Source: Deltaproteobacteria bacterium
GTDB taxonomy: Bacteria > Desulfobacterota > Syntrophia > Syntrophales > UBA2210
Direction of reading: 5' to 3'
DNA length: 64,000 nucleotides
Assembly (NCBI GenBank): GCA_019313695.1
Contig: JAFDAS010000001.1
Location: 530-64,529 of the forward strand
How positions within the stretch are numbered: position 1 is the first letter of the stretch; each line of letters begins with the position of its first letter. The notes beneath the pieces were generated by a model that was not told where the DNA came from, made no database searches, and was given only the letters and a program-made list of their open reading frames with translations. The position numbers and the translations under genes are program-made. Below are positions 46,089 through 53,353 of this stretch, one piece after another.

Positions 46089-46904
46089 TTAGGTGTCTGA
46101 TTCCTTGATTTTGTTGTAAACATCTTCACCAAACTTGGTCAGTTTTTCACGTATGTCGGGCCAATGATCGTGGTCCTTCTTTCCCTTGTCCAAGACAGGG
46201 AAAATAATACTTGCGAACTTAGGCGACTCACGCAACTCGTAAGTGTACTCTGTTCCCGGGAACAGTTCTAAAACTTTGGTCCTTCGATCCAGCCTTTCAT
46301 TACCTTGGAATGAGAGGAGGACGGAGCACGCATGATTGTGGAGTTGAAGAAGAAGGCTGATGCCCTTGATTCCCTTTCCGATCCAACCTTCATCTCGCAC
46401 AGGCACCGGTTTGCCAGCAAACAATCCACTCTTCCGGATTGGCTCCCAGAATTCGCTGTATTCCACACCAGTTCTTTCAGTTTGCACATCAATTGCAGGT
46501 CGAGCCACATGGTGAAAGGAAAGCTCGTTATGCAAGTTCACCTGAGCTTGGATTAGATACCAATCCGTCTTGCTGTCCTCATTCCGGAGATTGCAAGTTA
46601 CTATCATGAGTTCCTCAAAATTCTCCGCAACGAGTACCGCGACATTGGCTTCCTTCAGTCTCGCATACGCCTCTAATCGTCCCCAGTGGTCCCAATCCGC
46701 CCGGCCAAATTGATTCTCAATAACAAGAATACCATCATCACCCACGGCAACAATGTCAGCCTTTCGAGTGCCTACCTTGGACTCAGTTTCTGCATCCTCA
46801 AACGATCCAACCCCAAGAGATGCAACGTTATTTGCGAGATCTAACGAGAAATCCTCTTCGCGGTTGTAAACGGTTGACAAGGGTTTTGACTGCTGTAGTT
46901 TCAT
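46089..46904 (-). CDS. PD-(D/E)XK nuclease-like N-domain plus DUF4268-type C-domain protein
   Basis: ..KADIVAVGDDGILVIENQFGRADWDHWGRLEAY.. is a D..E.Q nuclease-fold pattern typical of DUF4268 proteins. Start set at MKLQQ (RBS gaagga). The ATG at 46925 overlaps the recombination core. Confidence 0.65.
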   Translation of the reverse strand: MKLQQSKPLSTVYNREEDFSLDLANNVASLGVGSFEDAETESKVGTRKADIVAVGDDGILVIENQFGRADWDHWGRLEAYARLKEANVAVLVAENFEELMIVTCNLRNEDSKTDWYLIQAQVNLHNELSFHHVARPAIDVQTERTGVEYSEFWEPIRKSGLFAGKPVPVRDEGWIGKGIKGISLLLQLHNHACSVLLSFQGNERLDRRTKVLELFPGTEYTYELRESPKFASIIFPVLDKGKKDHDHWPDIREKLTKFGEDVYNKIKESDT

Positions 46905-46916
46905 AGTTTTTCCTTC

Positions 46917-46923
46917 GCAGAAC
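46917..46923 (-). repeat. 5'-most cassette boundary core GTTCTGC
   Basis: Exact reverse complement of GCAGAAC, which opens site G. No convincing attC palindrome lies immediately upstream of it. Confidence 0.6.
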
Positions 46924-47184
46924 ATTTACATATAAGGCAATTTTGCCTGATACCCTGATATTGAACCGACAAACAGGCAAATTTGCTTGTTTTCAATATT
47001 CAATATAGGAGGGAAAAGGGATCAGACTCCTTTTCCTTCCCAGTTTTGTTTCTCCTCTTTCAGACACTTGAGTATTGTCTGTTATGGCAGGGAGATGTTT
47101 TTGTCAACAAAAAAAGGGGACAAAGGGTACGTTGGTGAAATGTTGACATTTTTCCATCGGTGGATTCACTTCGCTTAATCCACC

Positions 47185-47650
47185 CTACAACCTATTCTTT
47201 GACATGATGACGTATCTGCCGGTTACGCCGATTATTTTTCTCTTTTGCATGGCGGATACAACATTGGTCTGAAATCGTTCGGAAGAAAGGGAAGCCTGAA
47301 TGATATGGGTTTCCTGCCAGCCGCTTTGGTTTAAAATTCGAAGGTAATCATTGATTAAATTCGAATTTGTCCGGGTCTCATTTTCGGCAGGGGTGCTCTG
47401 GATCAAACACCAGATCGTTCTGATCTAAAAAATAGTTGTGTTTTTCGGCTATCTGAGGAACTGTGAAGCCTCTGGACAGGTCGGTATTTATTGAATTTGG
47501 CAGTGTTGCCATTTTCAATAAATGGTGATGAAGCTCGGCTTTTGGCTGATTTGCCAATACTGGCATTTTGGCTAAATGGTTCGATATTGTCTTTTGTGGA
47601 AGGCCCAATCTCTTTGCGATCCTGTCCTGGGTTATGCCGAGGCGGTTCAT
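47185..47650 (-). pseudogene. HTH-domain gene apparently disrupted by a frameshift
   Basis: Two overlapping minus-strand ORFs in different frames (47378-47650 and 47185-47406). The first begins with an HTH (LGITQDRIAKRLGLPQKTISNHL). Confidence 0.4.
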
Positions 47651-47745
47651 GCAAAATATTTTGAGTTCCAGTTCAGTCCGGGTTGCTGCCCGAAGATCGG
47701 CGATATAAGAATCTACTGCCTGTCTGGAACGTCCAATGACACTCT

Positions 47746-47800
47746 GTCATTTCGAAGAAGTCTTCACGACTGAGAAACCTTAGACTTTCCCCAGCCGGTC
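47746..47800. repeat. Family-2 element, partial copy
   Basis: gtcatttcgaagaagtcttcacgactgagaaaccttagactttcc. Confidence 0.6.
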
Positions 47801-47878
47801 ATTGACGGCATTTCTTCTCACAATCAATTAAGTTGTCGTTTCCCCGGAATTCTGGGGAATTCCGGCAAAAATACATGC

Positions 47879-47907
47879 TTGATTTCTGGATCATGCTGAC
47901 CTATATT
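47879..47907 (+). promoter_or_regulatory. Candidate sigma70 promoter for the phd/parE module
   Basis: TTGATT, 17 nt, TATATT. The palindrome ccggaatt-ctgggg-aattccgg lies at 47844-47865 just upstream. Confidence 0.5.
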
Positions 47908-47943
47908 AAGACCAGAAAAAAAGTCAATATAAGGAGCTTTATT

Positions 47944-48228
47944 ATGAAAGTAATATCAATTTCAAATGATATCGTCCCAATTGCAGAATTTAAGACAAGC
48001 ATCTCGAAATGGTTCAAAAGCCTCAAGAATACGGGACATCCCTTGATTATTACGCAGAATGGCAAACCTGCCGGGGTTCTGTTATCGCCAAGCGACTACG
48101 ACGAATTAGTATATAAAAAGTCTTTTCTTGATTCCATTGGAAGAGGAATATCGGATGCCGATAGTGGAAGGACTTACCCTGCTGAAGAAATCAAGACAAC
48201 ATTAGCTGCGAGAAGAAGCAAGAGATAA
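47944..48228 (+). CDS. Phd/YefM-family antitoxin
   Basis: MKVISISNDIVPIAEFKTSISKWFKSLKNTGHPLIITQNGKPAGVLLSPSDYDEL... RBS AAGGAG. The upstream 37 codons of the ORF track were rejected. Confidence 0.8.
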   Translation: MKVISISNDIVPIAEFKTSISKWFKSLKNTGHPLIITQNGKPAGVLLSPSDYDELVYKKSFLDSIGRGISDADSGRTYPAEEIKTTLAARRSKR

Positions 48229-48234
48229 TCACCG

Positions 48235-48531
48235 ATGAAAATAATTTGGACACAAGAAGCTCTTGAGCAATTAATCGAAATTGAAGATTATATTTCGAAG
48301 GACAGCGGGGATCGAGCGGAAAGATTTGTCAATCAACTTATTGAACATGCTGAATTATTGCCTGAGAACCCTCGTTTAGGCCGGACGGTACCGGAAATCG
48401 CTAATCCCACCATAAGAGAATTAATATTCAAAAAGTATAGAATAGTTTACAGACTAAATGAAGATAGCGTTGAAATATTGACTGTTTTTGAAGGACATAT
48501 GCTCTTGCGAATCGACGAAACCAAGGTGTAG
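48235..48531 (+). CDS. RelE/ParE-family toxin
   Basis: MKIIWTQEALEQLIEIEDYI..ERFVNQL..LPENPRLGR..RELIFKKYRIVYRL..VEILTVFEG. Confidence 0.8.
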   Translation: MKIIWTQEALEQLIEIEDYISKDSGDRAERFVNQLIEHAELLPENPRLGRTVPEIANPTIRELIFKKYRIVYRLNEDSVEILTVFEGHMLLRIDETKV

Positions 48532-48587
48532 GATTATCTTTTTCTTATAACTATGCATACCCCGGAATTGTTGTTCGCAATATGTAC

Positions 48588-50210
48588 TTATTCCTCTTCC
48601 ATGACAATCTTCGGGGTGACAAATATCAGGAGTTCCCTCTTATCATTACTGACCGTCTTGTATTTGAATAGCCAGCCCAGGACGGGTATCTTCGACAGCC
48701 ACGGAACACCCGACATTGTCTCGTTTGTAATCGTCTTATATACGCCGCCGACAACGATCGTGCCCCCGTCCCTGACTACCACGGTTGAGTCCACCGAGCT
48801 GGTGTTGATGGGGGGGTTAGCGACGCGCAGTCCGTCGGCACCAGTCTCCCAGTCCGCGTAATCGTTACTGGCTTTCACCTTTAGGGAGATCCTGCCGGCA
48901 GGAGTAAGGGTTGGCGTTACCTCCAGACTCAGCAGTGCGTCCTTGAAACCCGAAACCACTGGATTGCCATTATCATCCAAAGTCGTAAGTGGGATTTGCT
49001 CTCCCTGTTCTATCGTAGCCTTTTCACCGTCAAGCGTGGTGACTTTGGGAGACGAAATAATCTTGCCGTCGCCAGTGGATTCCAGGGCTGACAGCTTGGC
49101 ATCCAGGATCATCTTGCTCGTTCCTAAGAGCAGGCCGATTGCCGGTGCAGCGGCGAGGGCCGATGGAAAATTGACCGCAACATTACTGTTTGTAAATCCT
49201 ATCCCGCCGCCCGGGATCGGAGTCACGAGCCCCGAGGATGCGCTCCCTATCCCCATGGCGAAACTCCCCGCCTTATAACCACCACCCCACCTGATACCCA
49301 GCTCTCTGGCAAAGGTTGTGTTCACTTCTACGATCTTCGCCTCTATGGAGATCTGCCTGAGTCTGCCCTGGGTCACATCCTTCTTCTTTTGCGCTTCTTC
49401 GGCCTTCTTGAGTTCTTCAAGAGGCAAAACGGTTATCACCTTTCCCGACTGTTTCTTCCCGAGGCCGTTTACTTCCAGAATAGTATCCAGGGCCTGGTCC
49501 CAGGGGACATTTTTCATGTGCGCCGTCACGTCGGCCTTTACATCAGGACCCGCGACGATACTGAACCCGCTTATCTCCGATATCAGCCTGAACACGCTGT
49601 TTATATCGGCGCCCTGGAAATCGAGGGTCATTTTTTCACCGGTGTACAGGCCGCCCTTCTCTGCCTGCGGATCGACTTCCCGGCGCGTGATCTCCAGGGC
49701 CTTTGCCGCTGGCTTGCCCTTCTGGGTTGCCGCCGCGTAGGACAGGGTAGAGACATCAAAATCGACGACTACCTTTGTACCGTCTTTCCTGTATCTGTAA
49801 GGGACCATCTTTTTCAGAAGCATCCTGGCATACGCCTCGTTTCCCTCCGCTGTCGTCTTCTGATAAAGGGTTAAATTCTTAAGGTTTTTCAGCCCGTCTC
49901 CGCCGTATTCTTTTTTCATCCCATCGGGAATAGATACACCCTTCAACTTTATCACCAGGGCGTTGTCCGATTCCCTCGACATGTCAAAATCGGGGGCATC
50001 GGAAAGGAGTATGGACACCCTCTCTTTTCTGCTCATCTTTTCAAGGATCACGTCTTTGATATGAGCGCCATCGGTATTTTCCGCAGTTTTTTCCTGCGCG
50101 GAAGAAACTTCCACGGGAGTTTTGTCTCCGACGGTCGCGCAGCCGGACATAAACAAAAGGCCCACCAGGAAAGAAAGGACAAAAGGAGTTATACTTCTCT
50201 CTGGTTTCAT
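48588..50210 (-). CDS. pilQ: Type IV pilus secretin PilQ
   Basis: Signal/lipobox MSGC, AMIN-like N-domain, and a secretin C-domain ..VVVRDGGTIVVGG..PWLSKIPVLGWLF... Confidence 0.9.
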   Translation of the reverse strand: MKPERSITPFVLSFLVGLLFMSGCATVGDKTPVEVSSAQEKTAENTDGAHIKDVILEKMSRKERVSILLSDAPDFDMSRESDNALVIKLKGVSIPDGMKKEYGGDGLKNLKNLTLYQKTTAEGNEAYARMLLKKMVPYRYRKDGTKVVVDFDVSTLSYAAATQKGKPAAKALEITRREVDPQAEKGGLYTGEKMTLDFQGADINSVFRLISEISGFSIVAGPDVKADVTAHMKNVPWDQALDTILEVNGLGKKQSGKVITVLPLEELKKAEEAQKKKDVTQGRLRQISIEAKIVEVNTTFARELGIRWGGGYKAGSFAMGIGSASSGLVTPIPGGGIGFTNSNVAVNFPSALAAAPAIGLLLGTSKMILDAKLSALESTGDGKIISSPKVTTLDGEKATIEQGEQIPLTTLDDNGNPVVSGFKDALLSLEVTPTLTPAGRISLKVKASNDYADWETGADGLRVANPPINTSSVDSTVVVRDGGTIVVGGVYKTITNETMSGVPWLSKIPVLGWLFKYKTVSNDKRELLIFVTPKIVMEEE

Positions 50211-50677
50211 GAATTCCCCCCATTTTTTCTAAGCGTAAGGATAACGCGTTCTGTATTTATGTTTCCCTCAAAATCTTTTATCTTCTCCAACACGACCACA
50301 CTGTCGGAGAGTATCTTTATCACTTTGCCACGATTTATTCCTATATAGGCGCCCCTGCGAAGGATATAACGTTTTCCTTCCGGGGTCTCCACCATGGCAA
50401 TCCTTTTGTTTCCGGCCAGGACAATACCGGTAAGACGAAACTCGTCTACAGCGAATCTCCGGAGGGGAGGAAGGAACACTGCCTGTTCTTCGATCAGTTG
50501 CGTGTCCGGCGTTTCCCCCGCAGACTTCTCCTTTTCCACTATCTTGATAAAAGGTTTGAAGGGATCCGGTTTTCCCTCCGGGTTATATCTCCAGGTCCCG
50601 GCATCCGCCTCTCCCGGGTCGGCACAATACACCACGGCGGGCACAGGAAAGAGAAACAGCACAACAAGCGCCGCCAT
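50207..50677 (-). CDS. pilP: Type IV pilus assembly protein PilP
   Basis: Small lipoprotein-like protein in the pilMNOPQ position. ATGA overlap with pilQ. Start set at the Met that avoids overlapping pilO. Confidence 0.7.
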   Translation of the reverse strand: MAALVVLFLFPVPAVVYCADPGEADAGTWRYNPEGKPDPFKPFIKIVEKEKSAGETPDTQLIEEQAVFLPPLRRFAVDEFRLTGIVLAGNKRIAMVETPEGKRYILRRGAYIGINRGKVIKILSDSVVVLEKIKDFEGNINTERVILTLRKNGGNS

Positions 50678-50696
50678 AACCCATTTAAACTGATGG

Positions 50697-51296
50697 CTAT
50701 TTCTTTTTTTCGTCCGGTTTTTCATTCGCCTCTTCCAGGAACATGTATATCTTCATTGAACAGTCGGCCTTAAGGATGTCTTTTTCGGTGTCTTTTCCGC
50801 CCTTTTTGATTTCAACATCCGTTATGTTGGCTATGCGCGGAAGATTAGCCACGCTGTCGAAAAAAACAGCGATATCATTATACTTCCCCTCGACTGTAAT
50901 CCTGACCGGTATCTCCGCGTAGAAGTCCTTCGAGACGGGGGCTTTGGGCTCGAAAAGCACAAAATCGAGCCCCGCGTCCCTCCCGGCTTCGGAGACGGAT
51001 GTGAGAAGGCGGGGAATTTCTTTCTGCTCAGGAAGTTTTGCCAGGATTATTTGCAGAGCTTCCTCCAACCTGGCTATTTCTTTTTTATGTTGTTCTATCT
51101 TGTTTGCTACCTGCTGCCTTGTCACTATCTGTCTGTTGATATTTTCCAGGTCTTCACCCAGTTTGACCTTCTTTTCGAAGGCGGGCTGAAAAAGATAAAA
51201 CCAGTAGAAGTACCCCAGGAGGAGAAACAGGCCAAGGCCTATCAGCAGCTTCTTCCCGGTAGACAGTTTCTTTATGTCATCCAGTCCTATCGCCAT
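50697..51296 (-). CDS. pilO: Type IV pilus assembly protein PilO
   Basis: Single TM, coiled coil and a ferredoxin-like C-domain, in operon position. Confidence 0.75.
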   Translation of the reverse strand: MAIGLDDIKKLSTGKKLLIGLGLFLLLGYFYWFYLFQPAFEKKVKLGEDLENINRQIVTRQQVANKIEQHKKEIARLEEALQIILAKLPEQKEIPRLLTSVSEAGRDAGLDFVLFEPKAPVSKDFYAEIPVRITVEGKYNDIAVFFDSVANLPRIANITDVEIKKGGKDTEKDILKADCSMKIYMFLEEANEKPDEKKK

Positions 51297-51299
51297 TTC

Positions 51300-51845
51300 T
51301 CATCCCTTTTCCGCCGTACATAAGAGCACAAACCCCATCAGCTTCACCCCCGAGATAACCGTCTGTTTAGACGAAATCAGGTCTACAGTCCCAATATAGG
51401 GAGAGTCTTCAAGTCTTTTCATGAATTGTGCTATGGCGGGATTATTGACGGCCACTCCCTTCACGCGCAGATTATTGTCCTTCTTTGTAACGCTGGTAAG
51501 CCACTCACTCTGGGGAGAAATCCTGGAAGCTAATTCATCCATGATATGTACCGGGTAGGTTCTGTTTTTTTCAAGATCTTTTATTATGCCTATCTTTTTT
51601 TCCAAGAGCTCTTTATCCGCCTTGAACTTTTCCAGGTCTCCCGTCACCTTTATAAGTGCATCCAGTTGGACGCGCGCCAATTTGACCTCGGCCTCGAGTT
51701 TCGCGACGCCCATAACCATATAGATGTGAATGGAGGCCGCCAGCAGGAAGAGCCCTCCGAAGGCAACCAGCCCGATGAGAACCTGACGCTTGGCGCCGGC
51801 CTTCTTTTTTTCTTCACGATATGGAAGGAGGTTGATTCTTATCAT
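51300..51845 (-). CDS. pilN: Type IV pilus assembly protein PilN
   Basis: MIRINLLPYREEKKK is the conserved PilN N-terminus. Confidence 0.85.
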   Translation of the reverse strand: MIRINLLPYREEKKKAGAKRQVLIGLVAFGGLFLLAASIHIYMVMGVAKLEAEVKLARVQLDALIKVTGDLEKFKADKELLEKKIGIIKDLEKNRTYPVHIMDELASRISPQSEWLTSVTKKDNNLRVKGVAVNNPAIAQFMKRLEDSPYIGTVDLISSKQTVISGVKLMGFVLLCTAEKG

Positions 51846-52909
51846 ATGTTTTCTGCCCCCCTGAGGGCCAGGCCAACTCCGACAGCAGCGCCGGGGCCGA
51901 TATCTTTCATATAAGACGAACTGAAAGTATTTTTATCGCAGGCTATATTTTTAAATGGATTGAATATTTCCACTTCGCAAAAAAACTTGTTTTTCATGGC
52001 GTCAACTATATCCGGAATTCCGGCGCAACCACCACTGACGAGGATACGGCTGATATTTGACTCACCTGCCGTTGAGCTGAAATAATCGAAAGATCTTCCT
52101 ATTTCCAGAAAAACAGGTTCGAGATAGCTGAGAAATTCTTCCTGTGTGTTGTCATGCTTGTCCGAACCTTCAACCTTTATCATCTCGGCTTCTTCGAAAG
52201 AAACATCAAGTTTTTCTTGAAGGGCCTGTGTGATGGAATCTCCCCCCAACAGAATGTTTCTTGTAAAAACGGACTCCTCGTCCTTGACAATATTGATATT
52301 GGTCATGCTCGCGCCGATATTTACCAGGGCAATTGTATCATCGGCCTCAAAATCATAATTTTCCCCATAGGCCGTTTCCAGAGCAAAAGAATCAACGTCT
52401 ATTATCGCTACTTTTCGCCCCGCCCCTTCAATTGCATGGACATAGCTTTCAGCAATATCCCTTTTCGCGGCAGCAATGATAACTTCCATCTGATCCGGAT
52501 TGAGACCCCGTTCGCTGCATATATGAAAATCAAAATGGACATCTTTGATGTCGTCGAAAGGCATGTATTCCCCGGCGTCATCGATTATAAGATCACGCAG
52601 CTCCTCTTCTTCCATTTTCCGGAAACCTGACTTCTTAATCATGACGACATGCCCGGAGAGGGCCGTTACGACATTCCCTGCCCCGCAGCCCGACACCTTA
52701 AAAAGCTCTTTTATCTTTCTGACAAGAGCATCATGATCCTTGACCAGACCACTCTCTATGACACCCCTCTCCAGGGGCACCTGCGCAAACTTGTGCAGCA
52801 TGTACCCTCCTGAGGCATACCGCAGCTCAACAAGCTTGATAAGGCTTGATCCTATATCAATTCCAGCGATTTTCCTGCTTCCAGGAAGCAGATTCCTTAC
52901 TGAAAACAT
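51842..52909 (-). CDS. pilM: Type IV pilus assembly ATPase-fold protein PilM
   Basis: Actin-like fold (..IAGIDIGSSLIKLVEL.., ..GGCAGIPDI..). Confidence 0.85.
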   Translation of the reverse strand: MFSVRNLLPGSRKIAGIDIGSSLIKLVELRYASGGYMLHKFAQVPLERGVIESGLVKDHDALVRKIKELFKVSGCGAGNVVTALSGHVVMIKKSGFRKMEEEELRDLIIDDAGEYMPFDDIKDVHFDFHICSERGLNPDQMEVIIAAAKRDIAESYVHAIEGAGRKVAIIDVDSFALETAYGENYDFEADDTIALVNIGASMTNINIVKDEESVFTRNILLGGDSITQALQEKLDVSFEEAEMIKVEGSDKHDNTQEEFLSYLEPVFLEIGRSFDYFSSTAGESNISRILVSGGCAGIPDIVDAMKNKFFCEVEIFNPFKNIACDKNTFSSSYMKDIGPGAAVGVGLALRGAENI

Positions 52910-52928
52910 CCGGTTTGTCCACTTTCCA

Positions 52929-53195
52929 TCAGTCAATAAACTGATAAACAATATCGCCCTTTTTCACCATTCCGAGTTCTCTTCTCGCCACTGTCTCAAC
53001 GTGGCGGAGATCGGTCTTGAGCAACCCTATCTTTCTTTTCAGTTCATCATTCTCGGCCGCGATACATTCATTGGTCTCTTCCAGGGCCGCCTGTTTCTCT
53101 TTCAGCATACGATAATCTGTAAATCCTCTGTTCCCAAAGATTATAAAAAGCGCCATGATAATGAAAATTCCGAACAAAAGTCTGCCAATCTTCAT
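52929..53195 (-). CDS. ftsB: Septum formation initiator FtsB/DivIC family protein
   Basis: 88 aa, N-terminal TM plus a leucine-zipper coiled coil, ..ARRELGMVKKGDIVY... Confidence 0.75.
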   Translation of the reverse strand: MKIGRLLFGIFIIMALFIIFGNRGFTDYRMLKEKQAALEETNECIAAENDELKRKIGLLKTDLRHVETVARRELGMVKKGDIVYQFID

Positions 53196-53353
53196 ACAGA
53201 GACCCTTTTCCCATTCGAAACGACAAAATTTTTACACATCATACATTCTTTCTGTTTTTCTGTACAAGCAAAAAATGGTGGTTTTAACCGGAAAAACAGT
53301 GTTTTCCTGTATGATTGACGGCTATTCACAAAATCGGTGGACATGGCTTGTTG

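Larger units (their letters stand above)
41947..46923 (-). mobile_element. Integron-type gene-cassette array (seven cassettes, attC-like sites, no integrase in the window; CALIN-like)
   Basis: All ORFs are on the minus strand. Each unit is followed by an imperfect palindrome of the form AAC...GTT. Six of seven units show exact 7/7 complementarity between the 5' boundary 7-mer and their own attC R'' 7-mer (see findings). Confidence 0.8.

Noticed and set aside
46987-47178. 63-aa plus-strand ORF at the head of the cassette array
   Set aside because: It has a TTG start with no RBS and spans hairpin and promoter-like sequence. It was treated as non-coding.
47665-47730. Considered as an eighth attC site
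   Set aside because: The order is GTT...AAC on both strands (a plain inverted repeat). An attC would read AAC...GTT on the cassette coding strand. There is no core complementarity with neighbouring boundaries.
46924-48587. Search for an integron integrase (intI) adjacent to the array
   Set aside because: No ORF in any listed frame shows tyrosine-recombinase features. The region holds a broken HTH gene and a Phd/ParE pair, so the array is reported as integrase-less within this window.
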